Part shown: piece by piece, positions 47,811-56,711 of the stretch
Layout of the letters: each line of letters opens with the position of its first letter
Position numbering within the stretch: position 1 is the first letter of the stretch
NCBI GenBank assembly: GCA_013215805.1
Contig: JABSQM010000002.1
Span: 92,420-156,419, forward strand
Direction: 5' to 3'
Source of the DNA: Piscirickettsiaceae bacterium
Lineage (GTDB): Bacteria > Pseudomonadota > Gammaproteobacteria > Nitrosococcales > Methylophagaceae
Length of the DNA: 64,000 nucleotides
Notes under the pieces: model-generated
Databases searched by the model: none
What the model saw: only the letters and a program-made list of their open reading frames with translations
What the model was told of the DNA's origin: nothing
Translations under genes and position numbers: made by a program

Positions 47811-48514
47811 TTAATTATTTATATACTTAAAATTAATCATCGCCCAATATCCATACTAATTATTTTTCACTGCCGCAGACAAATTTTTTTATTATCAAAT
47901 CTATATTTACCTAAAAATGGCACAAAACTAAATATAAAACTTAAATTAATATTTAATGTAAATAAATATTTTACTTCAGATGCAATAAAGTAAAGACACT
48001 TTCAAACTCCAAATAGCAAATTAGCTCAAATTAAACATTGCTGATGGTTGGTATTTCAACTCATAGGGGGAATAATAAAAAGGTATCACCATATAAATAA
48101 TCTAACAATTTGCAGTCATCATTAATTGTTAACAACTATTTAATTTAATTGATCTTTAATTGAAATACATAAACCGCCAATATCACTCCAGAAGTGAAGT
48201 TAAAGTAAATTGAATATAATTTCAATTGAATAAAAAAATTTTTATGCTTGATATTTTTGGACAATACACAACGGTCTCAAGCATTTAAATTGAATAATCA
48301 ATTAATCATATTAATTATAAACATAGTATATAGAAATACTATATTAAATAAAATTGAACAAATATATAGTACTTTGCATCATTAATAACATCTAAATAAA
48401 TTAATTATCATATATATTATCAAACTACTTTAGCGAAAAAATAAATATTATTTTATGATTGAAAAGCAATTTAAGATGTATACTTAACCATCAAAATTAA
48501 ATTATAAAAATTAT

Positions 48515-49855
48515 ATGATCGGGAAATTTTTTATAAAGACCTTTGGCTGTCAAATGAATGTATATGATTCATCTAAAATATCCGAGGTACTATCCACCTT
48601 TAAACAGTTAACAGTTACTGATATAGCTAAGAATGCAGATATATTATTATTGAATACCTGTTCTATACGCGAAAAAGCTCAAGAAAAGGTTTTTCATCAA
48701 TTGGGTAGATGGAGGTGTTGGAAGGAAGAACGACAGCACCTTATTATTGGTGTCGGAGGATGCGTAGCTGCCCAAGACGGTGATGCGATTATTAGACGTG
48801 CTCCCTATGTAGACCTAATTTTTGGCCCGCAAACTTTACATCGTCTACCAGAAATGTTAAATAATGTGAAGATACACCGAAAACCCCATATTGACGTTTC
48901 ATTTCCAGAAATTGAAAAATTTGATCATCTGCCCAACCCTCAAGCAAATGGACCTACAGCTTTAGTATCAATCATGGAAGGATGTAGTAAATATTGCACC
49001 TTCTGCGTAGTTCCTTATACCCGTGGAGAAGAATTTAGCCGGCCGGTGGAAAAAATTTTAATCGAAATATGTGCGCTGGCCACACAAGGAGTAAGAGAGG
49101 TAAATTTATTAGGACAGAACGTCAACGCCTTTCACGGACAACTAGGTGATAATGATACGGCTGATTTAGCCCTGTTAATTCATTATATTGCTGATATCGA
49201 TGGTATTGATCGCATACGCTTTACCACCTCACATCCAGTGGAAATGTCAGACAGCTTGATAGAAGCTTATGCCGCAATACCTCAATTAGCTAACCATTTG
49301 CATCTACCGATCCAATCGGGATCCGACCGCATACTAAGCATGATGAAACGTAGATATACCAGTTCAGAATATAAGGATAAAATTAATCAATTACGTAAGG
49401 TTAGACCTAATATTAGCATATCCAGTGACTTCATTATAGGCTTCCCAAATGAGCAAAATTCTGATTTTCAGGCTACAATGGATATCATTAACGAAATAGA
49501 GTTTGACCATTCTTTCAGCTTCATATATAGCACACGTCCTGGTACACCTGCCAGCACATTTATTGATTTAGTACCAGATGAAATAAAAAAATATCGCCTA
49601 CGCATCATACAAGAACGGTTATTAGAATTGGAATCCTCCTACAGTAAATCAATGTTGGGATCTACACAACGAATATTAGTAGAAAAAAAGATGAAAGGTA
49701 ATGATAGTGCAGCTATTGGTAGAACAGAAAATAACCGTTCGGTATCATTCATCGGAGATGATTCACTGATAGGTAAATTCGTTGATGTGGAGATCGTTGA
49801 GGCGTTTTCTAATTCTTTGCGCGGGAAATTATTGCCCAATTGCATCATCAGCTAA
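48515..49855 (+). CDS. miaB: tRNA-i6A37 methylthiotransferase MiaB
   Basis: 446 aa, '[15 protein letters not shown]', radical-SAM '[17 protein letters not shown]', C-terminal TRAM-like region. Confidence 0.97.
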   Translation: MIGKFFIKTFGCQMNVYDSSKISEVLSTFKQLTVTDIAKNADILLLNTCSIREKAQEKVFHQLGRWRCWKEERQHLIIGVGGCVAAQDGDAIIRRAPYVDLIFGPQTLHRLPEMLNNVKIHRKPHIDVSFPEIEKFDHLPNPQANGPTALVSIMEGCSKYCTFCVVPYTRGEEFSRPVEKILIEICALATQGVREVNLLGQNVNAFHGQLGDNDTADLALLIHYIADIDGIDRIRFTTSHPVEMSDSLIEAYAAIPQLANHLHLPIQSGSDRILSMMKRRYTSSEYKDKINQLRKVRPNISISSDFIIGFPNEQNSDFQATMDIINEIEFDHSFSFIYSTRPGTPASTFIDLVPDEIKKYRLRIIQERLLELESSYSKSMLGSTQRILVEKKMKGNDSAAIGRTENNRSVSFIGDDSLIGKFVDVEIVEAFSNSLRGKLLPNCIIS

Positions 49856-49993
49856 CTTAAGAAGAATATTATCTGTATAAAAATATTTACTTAGTTATTG
49901 ATAAAATTGGATATAAATTAATCCTATCTAAATAATCTCAGATTAGCTGAATATTACAGTAATTTGTTAAAAATAAATACTGTAAATTAAATA

Positions 49994-50403
49994 TCAATTC
50001 CAGTACCGAAATTAATAATTTTAATGCAAATTATCAATTTTTAATATAAGAAGTTAACTAATATCCATAATATAAGCCGTAAATTATATTTTTAATATAA
50101 AAAACACCCATGATTGATTTATCAATATGACGTATCTAGAAAGATATACCAAAAAAGAAAAATATACGTGATCTAATTATGGAATCGCAAAGGTAATGAT
50201 AAAAATATTTAGTAAGATTTCTAGCAGAAAATTAACAACTGTAATTTACAGCAAATAATAACAAAGTAATTATGATGTCGGACTACAAATACCAACTGAA
50301 ATTAATACAATATTTGATCTGCAGCTCATGCAATACAGGAATAAAGACTAGGTTTTCTAAGAAAATAACCTACCGCCATTCCTCCGCCAGAATAAATTCA
50401 TAT
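49994..50403 (+). pseudogene. ybeZ: Eroded phoH-like (ybeZ) pseudogene
   Basis: The spacer lies in the conserved miaB-[ybeZ]-ybeY-corC-lnt slot. Hand translation gives, in one frame, 'SIPVPKLIILMQIINF*YKKLTNIHNISRKLYF*' (49994-50095), compared with E. coli YbeZ '..IEVAPL..IILDESQN..QMKMFLTRIGFNSKAV'. After a frameshift comes 'TPMIDLS' (50104-50124), compared with 'VTQIDLP'. Further on, 'YRHSSARINSY' (50371-50403) compares with 'VRHPVVARIVNAY'. The first three pieces have the right order and spacing; the last is about 150 nt further away than expected. E. coli sequences were recalled from memory. Confidence 0.45.
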
Positions 50404-50563
50404 CATCCACAGAAATTGAATCGTCACCTATACAATTAATAGTATGAGGTAGATTCAATCTATCCATTTAACCTTGATTTTACAGCCAAGAACAACAATT
50501 ATTATGACCGGTACTTAATGAAAAATTTTTAATTTTATTAAGCAAAAATGAGCAAGCACATAA

Positions 50564-51016
50564 ATGAACATAACTATAGACCTACAAACAGCATGCGAAG
50601 ATATTGCACCAAATAAAGATGAATTTCAACATTGGGTCGCAGCATCTTTGGTTGATGACGTCGTCGAAGACTGTGAACTTAGTGTACGCCTAGTTGGAAT
50701 TCATGAAATTACAGGGTTGAATTTTAGTTATCGTGGAAAAGAAGAATCCACCAACATACTGTCATTTCCATTTCAAACTACAGTTCCTATGAAAGTAAAG
50801 TTATTGGGTGATTTGGTGATATGCAATAAGGTGATAGCAACTGAGGCTCGGCAACAACATAAACAAATAAATAATCATTGGGCACATATGATAGTACATG
50901 GCTGTCTACATTTGTTGGGTTATGATCATGTTGAAATAGAAGAAGCTGAACAAATGGAAGCATTAGAAATAAAAGTCCTACAATCATTGAACATAGGTAA
51001 TCCTTACCTCAATTAG
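50564..51016 (+). CDS. ybeY: Endoribonuclease YbeY
   Basis: 150 aa with the zinc-binding motif 'HGCLHLLGYDH'. Confidence 0.96.
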   Translation: MNITIDLQTACEDIAPNKDEFQHWVAASLVDDVVEDCELSVRLVGIHEITGLNFSYRGKEESTNILSFPFQTTVPMKVKLLGDLVICNKVIATEARQQHKQINNHWAHMIVHGCLHLLGYDHVEIEEAEQMEALEIKVLQSLNIGNPYLN

Positions 51017-51047
51017 GAAAACCGTAGATGAATAGCGGAGCAGTAGT

Positions 51048-51893
51048 TTGACAAACCCAAAATTTTGGGTCAGGAGTTTAGTTAGTTTGCTCCTTAAACC
51101 TAAAAGCAGATCTCAATTAATCAACTTAATTCGTTCTGCAGCAAATAAGCATATCTTGGATACAGAAACCTTAGCTATTGTTGAGGGAGCTATGAATGTC
51201 TCAGACATGCAAGCAAGAGACATTATGGTCCCACGATCACAGACAGTAATAATCTCCAGAGATGCACCAATGGAAAAGACATTAACATTAATCTCTAAGA
51301 CCGCACATTCACGTTTCCCAGTTATTGATGATGGCAGTGATGACATTATCGGTATTTTATTGGCAAAGGACCTATTGTCGATAGTAGCATCACAACGACA
51401 ATTTAAATTTAACTTGCGAGAACTATTGCGTCCCGCTCTATTTATCCCCGAAAGTAAGCGTTTGAATATATTATTACGAGAATTTCGCGCACACCGCAAC
51501 CATATGGCTATCGTGGTGGATGAATATGGCAGTGTGGCGGGAATTATTACTATCGAGAATGTTCTCGAACAGATCGTTGGTGAAATTGAGGACGAACATG
51601 ATATTAATGATGATTCCACTATTATGAGGCATAGCGATACAACCTTCACAATCAAAGCTTTAACTACAATCGAAGACTTCAATCAGTACTTCAATGCCAA
51701 TTGGAGCTATCAAAATTTCGATACAGTAGGTGGTATTATAGCGAATCAACTAGGTTATATACCGAGAAGAAACGAACAAATAACTATCGAGCACTTTCGA
51801 TTCACTATTATGCGAACTGATAATCGCCGTATATATCTACTTGTTATGAAAATATTACCTCAACTTGCACAGCGTAGAGAAAAGATAGTGTGA
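51048..51893 (+). CDS. corC: Magnesium/cobalt efflux protein CorC (CBS-pair plus CorC/HlyC domain)
   Basis: 281 aa with a probable TTG start. 'VSDMQARDIMVPRSQ', 'MAIVVDEYGSVAGIITIENVLEQIVGEIEDE'; follows ybeY. Confidence 0.9.
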   Translation: MTNPKFWVRSLVSLLLKPKSRSQLINLIRSAANKHILDTETLAIVEGAMNVSDMQARDIMVPRSQTVIISRDAPMEKTLTLISKTAHSRFPVIDDGSDDIIGILLAKDLLSIVASQRQFKFNLRELLRPALFIPESKRLNILLREFRAHRNHMAIVVDEYGSVAGIITIENVLEQIVGEIEDEHDINDDSTIMRHSDTTFTIKALTTIEDFNQYFNANWSYQNFDTVGGIIANQLGYIPRRNEQITIEHFRFTIMRTDNRRIYLLVMKILPQLAQRREKIV

Positions 51894-53413
51894 CAGGGAC
51901 AACTACTACTGTAAAGCTCTGGTTGGAACAGAAAGGAGAGGTCATTGCTTTAATCTCTGGAATGTTGTTACCATTATCATTTTCTACGTTTCCCCCTTAT
52001 CCTATAGCTGTAATCAGCTTAATTTTATTATTTAATAGTTGGCAAGGAATAGCTGCCAGACAAGCATTTTGGCGAGGATTTCTATTTAGTGTAGGCATGT
52101 TTAGCGTTGGTATCCCTTGGGTTTACATAGCCATTCATGATTTTGGTCATACCAACATTTTCTTGGCCAGCCTACTAACTATCATATTTATTTCTTTTTT
52201 ATCGCTATATTTAGCCATCTTAGCCTGGATCATCAAATGCATCGCTGGGCTATTAAGTACTCATTTAGATATAGTAACGACATTACCAGTCGCGTGGATT
52301 GAATTTGAATCGTTTAAAGCATGGTTTTTTTTAACTGGATTCCACTGGTTAGAGTTAGGGATAGGTCAGATTAATGGCCCTCTGGCAGGATATACTCCTA
52401 TAATAGGAGTGTTAGGTGTCTCTTGGTTAGTAACATTGACAGCAGGATTATTGCTCGTTGCAGTAAAATCGCAGCAATGGTGGATAATATTATTAATTTC
52501 AATGATTCGGACTGGTGGTCATACGTTAAAATTCTACAGATGGACGGAAAATAAGGGGCAAACAATCACGGTTAGTTTAATTCAAGGAAATATACCTCAA
52601 AAAATTAGATGGGATCCAAAGCGATTATTTAAAACCTTAAACTTGTATAGAACCGGCACAGAACTAAACTGGAATAGTAATTTAATAATTTGGCCTGAAA
52701 ATACAGTCCCCATATTTTATTATCAAGCAAAAGATAATTTTTTAAATCCATTATTCGCTCTAGCTCGCAACAAAGAAAATGATATATTGTTAGGAATACC
52801 AATTATGCAACAAGATAGTTCCCATGACTTCAATAGTATTACGAACTCAGGTACAAAAGAATTATTTGATAATAAACGTCATTTTGTCCCTTTCGGAGAT
52901 TATATACAATTAAAATGGCTACGCCATTTGATACAAATTTTTAATCTGCCAATGTCAAATTTTATTCCTGGGAATAATGACCAAAAATTATTACAGGCAA
53001 CAGGCCTAGATATTGGTATCTCAATTTGTTATGAGGATGCCTTTTCAACTGAGGTTTTGGCAACTGTACCTCAAGCCAGCTTATTGATAAACGCAAGTAA
53101 TAATTCATGGTATGGCAATTCTCTTGCGCCGCATCAACATCTACAGATTTCAAGAAATAGGGCATTAGATACAGGTCGCCCAGACTTACGTGCTACCACC
53201 AATAGCATCTCTGCCTTGATTAATCATCATGGTCAGATAATGAATAAAACACCACAATTTAAGCAGGCCATATTGACTGGAGTTATACAGCCTAGGAAAG
53301 GCACAACAACCTATGTAAAGCATAGACAAACGCCAGTATTAATAATTACACTATGCATATTGTTAGTGTGGGCGTATTATCGTCAGATATCCTATTTAAA
53401 ACAAGTAATATAA
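51890..53413 (+). CDS. lnt: Apolipoprotein N-acyltransferase
   Basis: 507 aa. The GTG start overlaps the corC stop (GTGA). The protein has an N-terminal polytopic domain and a nitrilase-like domain with 'WPEN', 'KRHFVPFGDY' and 'ISICYEDAF', so the Glu/Lys/Cys triad context is retained. Confidence 0.93.
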   Translation: MTGTTTTVKLWLEQKGEVIALISGMLLPLSFSTFPPYPIAVISLILLFNSWQGIAARQAFWRGFLFSVGMFSVGIPWVYIAIHDFGHTNIFLASLLTIIFISFLSLYLAILAWIIKCIAGLLSTHLDIVTTLPVAWIEFESFKAWFFLTGFHWLELGIGQINGPLAGYTPIIGVLGVSWLVTLTAGLLLVAVKSQQWWIILLISMIRTGGHTLKFYRWTENKGQTITVSLIQGNIPQKIRWDPKRLFKTLNLYRTGTELNWNSNLIIWPENTVPIFYYQAKDNFLNPLFALARNKENDILLGIPIMQQDSSHDFNSITNSGTKELFDNKRHFVPFGDYIQLKWLRHLIQIFNLPMSNFIPGNNDQKLLQATGLDIGISICYEDAFSTEVLATVPQASLLINASNNSWYGNSLAPHQHLQISRNRALDTGRPDLRATTNSISALINHHGQIMNKTPQFKQAILTGVIQPRKGTTTYVKHRQTPVLIITLCILLVWAYYRQISYLKQVI

Positions 53414-53419
53414 AAAATA

Positions 53420-54871
53420 ATGCAGATTCTAGCCATACAGCGTATTTTAGGTATTTTATTAAGCCTCTCTAGTACCACCATGCTGCCACCTATAGCAGTA
53501 TCCCTTTTTTATCATGATGGTTCTGAGAAAGCATTTATGGTGGCTTTCATTGTGCTGTTTGTCACCGGTATCTTAGGATGGATACCAGTAAGAAAAAATA
53601 GAAAAGAACTAAAAATTAGAGATAGTTTTATTATAGTTGTTATGTTTTGGATGACCTTAAGCCTATCGGGTGCTATGCCCTTTTTCCTGGCAACATATCC
53701 AGACATATCATTCACAGATGCCATGTTTGAATCCATGTCCGGGCTGACTACAACTGGAGCAACTGTTTTAATAAATTTAGATTCCTTCCCTAAGTCAATA
53801 TTATTGTATCGACAATTTTTACAATGGCTTGGAGGAATGGGTATTGTTGTATTGGCAGTAGCCATTCTTCCAGTACTGGGGGTAGGTGGTATGCAGTTAT
53901 ACCGTGCAGAGACCACTGGTCCAATTAAAGACTCAAAGCTGACGCCAAGAATTACGGAGACGGCCAAAGCATTGTGGTATATTTATCTAATTTTAACGAT
54001 TGCTTGTGCAATAGCATTCCATTGGGCTGGCATGAATTGGTTTGATGCGGTAGGACATAGTTTCTCTACTGTCGCTATTGGTGGATTTTCCATGCATGAT
54101 GCTAGCATGGGCTATTTTAATAATGCAACTATTGAGATGGTTACAGTATTATTCATGTTGATTGCTGGAATTAATTTTTCCTTACATTTTATAGCCTGGC
54201 GCCATCGAAGTATCAAGCATTATTTATCAGATTCGGAATTACGCTTTTACCTTTCCACTTTAGCAATTGTTTCAGTCGTCACAACAATATATTTATATCT
54301 CACACATACCTTCGATGATTTATGGATGGCTATACATCAAGGAATATTCCAATCGGTTTCTATAGGCACAACTACGGGATTTACTACAACCGACTATTCA
54401 TTATGGCCGGGATTTTTACCAATTTTACTGTTAATGTCCAGCTATATTGGCGGTTGCGCCGGTTCCACTGGGGGTGGCATGAAAGTGATCAGAATATTAT
54501 TACTATTTAAACAAGGCTACCGGGAAGTGTTACAATTAATACATCCCAATGCCGTGCTTCCAATTAAGATCAATAATGAAGTATTACCAATAAAAGTAAT
54601 TGGTGCAGTATGGGGGTTTTTCGCCTTATATGTGTTTTGCTTCAGCATTATGCATTTATTACTTATGGCTACTGGCCTAGATTTAATAACCTCGTTTTCC
54701 GCAGTGACAGCATGCTTCAATAATCTGGGCCCGGGTCTAGCTGAGGTTGGAGCTAACTATAGAGATATCAACTCAACCTCCAAATGGGTATTATATATAG
54801 CTATGTTATTGGGTCGATTGGAAATATTTACCCTAATAGTCATACTAACACCAGCTTTTTGGAGAAAATAG
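53420..54871 (+). CDS. trkH: Trk-type potassium uptake protein TrkH
   Basis: 483 aa, polytopic, with 'FESMSGLTTTGATV', 'WLGGMGIVVLAVAILP' and 'GGCAGSTGGGMKVIR'. Confidence 0.93.
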   Translation: MQILAIQRILGILLSLSSTTMLPPIAVSLFYHDGSEKAFMVAFIVLFVTGILGWIPVRKNRKELKIRDSFIIVVMFWMTLSLSGAMPFFLATYPDISFTDAMFESMSGLTTTGATVLINLDSFPKSILLYRQFLQWLGGMGIVVLAVAILPVLGVGGMQLYRAETTGPIKDSKLTPRITETAKALWYIYLILTIACAIAFHWAGMNWFDAVGHSFSTVAIGGFSMHDASMGYFNNATIEMVTVLFMLIAGINFSLHFIAWRHRSIKHYLSDSELRFYLSTLAIVSVVTTIYLYLTHTFDDLWMAIHQGIFQSVSIGTTTGFTTTDYSLWPGFLPILLLMSSYIGGCAGSTGGGMKVIRILLLFKQGYREVLQLIHPNAVLPIKINNEVLPIKVIGAVWGFFALYVFCFSIMHLLLMATGLDLITSFSAVTACFNNLGPGLAEVGANYRDINSTSKWVLYIAMLLGRLEIFTLIVILTPAFWRK

Positions 54872-55105
54872 ACGTAAATTATAATTTGAGTTATGGATGC
54901 ATAATAACGTCATGCATTCAAATAAAATAAATAAATTTATTCATAGATAATTTAATTTGAAATTATGATTTTAGAGGTTAAAAAATACTAAGGACTTTAC
55001 AAAAATACTGTAGTCCTCATAGTACTTAGCTATCAATGATCAAATATATGATGTATTTTGTCCAAATTCAACCGCCATCCACGATTAGATATTTTAAATC
55101 ATGTG

Positions 55106-55114
55106 TGCTATAGT
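55106..55114 (+). promoter_or_regulatory. Candidate extended -10 promoter for rpmE
   Basis: TGCTATAGT (TGn plus TATAGT) ends 41 nt upstream of the rpmE ATG. There is no good -35 element. Confidence 0.25.
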
Positions 55115-55155
55115 ACAAATCATTTACAAATGATAATGAGCGAGTTCTATAGATT

Positions 55156-55359
55156 ATGAAGACCAAAATTCATCCGGAATATAACGAAATTAATGTAGTT
55201 TGTAGTTGTGGTAATACCTTTAAAACCAATTCAACACGTAAAGCAAATTTAACTTTGGATGTTTGTGCAGAATGTCATCCATTCTATACAGGCAAGCAAA
55301 AAATACTTGATACCGCTGGACGAGTTGATAAATTTCGTCAAAAATATGGAACATTATAA
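55156..55359 (+). CDS. rpmE: 50S ribosomal protein L31 (zinc-binding type A)
   Basis: 67 aa, '[22 protein letters not shown]...[15 protein letters not shown]'. The CxC...CxxC residues are present. Confidence 0.96.
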   Translation: MKTKIHPEYNEINVVCSCGNTFKTNSTRKANLTLDVCAECHPFYTGKQKILDTAGRVDKFRQKYGTL

Positions 55360-56711
55360 TAATGTTCTACAATGATGCACAATCACAGTAAAGTTATTGC
55401 ATCGCGTATACATGATATATTGAGCCAATTCGATAGGCTACGCAACAAGACCACACAAACCATCCTAAATGGCCCGGTAATTAAAACATAATTCCAGAAC
55501 TCAATATTATTATCATTGGGATAACACTGCACAATCTATAGATAAATAATTAGTCATCGTAAAATTCACACTATCATCGCATCAAGATTAATGCCTTAAT
55601 AAACACCTTCGAACTACGGAATTGAGAGTACATGTTAATCTTTGAGCTGAATTAAATAAAACATTAGGTCGTTAAATAACTCATACTGCTATTTTTACCG
55701 GCATGAATCGAGTAGTCAACAAAATCCTACTGAACCACCAACGTTTAACTATAAAGTGCACACTACTTTCATTCACCTAATAATCTAATTTGACCTAACT
55801 AACTAAACCTTATCAAATGACCATAATTAATGATTATAAATTAGAATTAGATTATTTATCTGGTAAATGACTCGCTTATTGTGATTAAAAAACACAGGTA
55901 CAGTAGACATCTTTGAGATTTAGAAAAATAAAAAATATTTGCTATACCAATAAAAACTAAATCATACATTTAAAGATTGTAAAGTCTATCTTCCAGACAT
56001 CTAGATCAATGATCATAACTTAGAGGCAAAAGATATAACTCAACAAGCAAAATAGAGAACAAATTATTTCCTGGTTAGCTAACAAATTGCTAATAGCAGT
56101 GTGAAAACCTTACTACCTAAAAGAAAAGCACTTTATAGAAAGTCAAGACCACTTACAACTTAGAGTTGGATCGCCGAATAGAGATTAAAACAGCAATTTT
56201 TATTATATAAAAACTTAGCTAACGGATATGTTTAGTAGATGACAATTAAACTACCTCTAAATATGAAACCAGATGAACTACAGGCTGCCATCTCTTGTGA
56301 GCAGATGCCAGGGATAGAATATTAGATCTTCAATAATAATTTCTCCAAAATATATGACAAGCCACATAAACAGAAGGCTAAAAACAAATTTAAAGCATGA
56401 AAAATAGCCTTCTAAATTAAATGAAGCCTTTAACAATCTAGTTGGATAATCATATGATAAATATGATAAAATACTTTCCTATTAGGATACTCATGATTAT
56501 TATGTATTCTCAAAAGTCTGCATGTAATATCAAGTATAAATTTTAGTTAGCAAAATATTGAAATTGAAGATGATAGTAAAATAATAACAACCATCATCTC
56601 GCGAGATAAATAGCTCTCATGGAGCAACCGCAGTCATGAAATAGTATTCAACAAAGGACAAATAACGTATAGATAGAAGAATAAACGACCTAGATAAGGC
56701 ATATTCATATG

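Noticed and set aside
48209-48226. ATTGAATATAATTTCAAT matches the 18-bp ARG-box consensus (wNTGAATwwwwATTCANw) at every specified position except one.
   Set aside because: It is a single box without the usual partner 2-3 bp away. It is not upstream of argB (the nearest genes are coaBC and miaB, 290-400 bp away), and the consensus is itself AT-rich. I treat it as coincidence unless an argR gene and similar boxes are found elsewhere.
51113-51682. 189-aa minus-strand ORF opposite corC.
   Set aside because: It is a shadow ORF of a well-supported CBS-domain gene. It has no start context and no family resemblance.
56596-56607. Perfect 12-bp palindrome ATCTCGCGAGAT about 105 nt downstream of mrcA.
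   Set aside because: Perfect 12-bp palindromes are expected many times by chance in 64 kb. It has no usable loop for a terminator hairpin and no following T-run.
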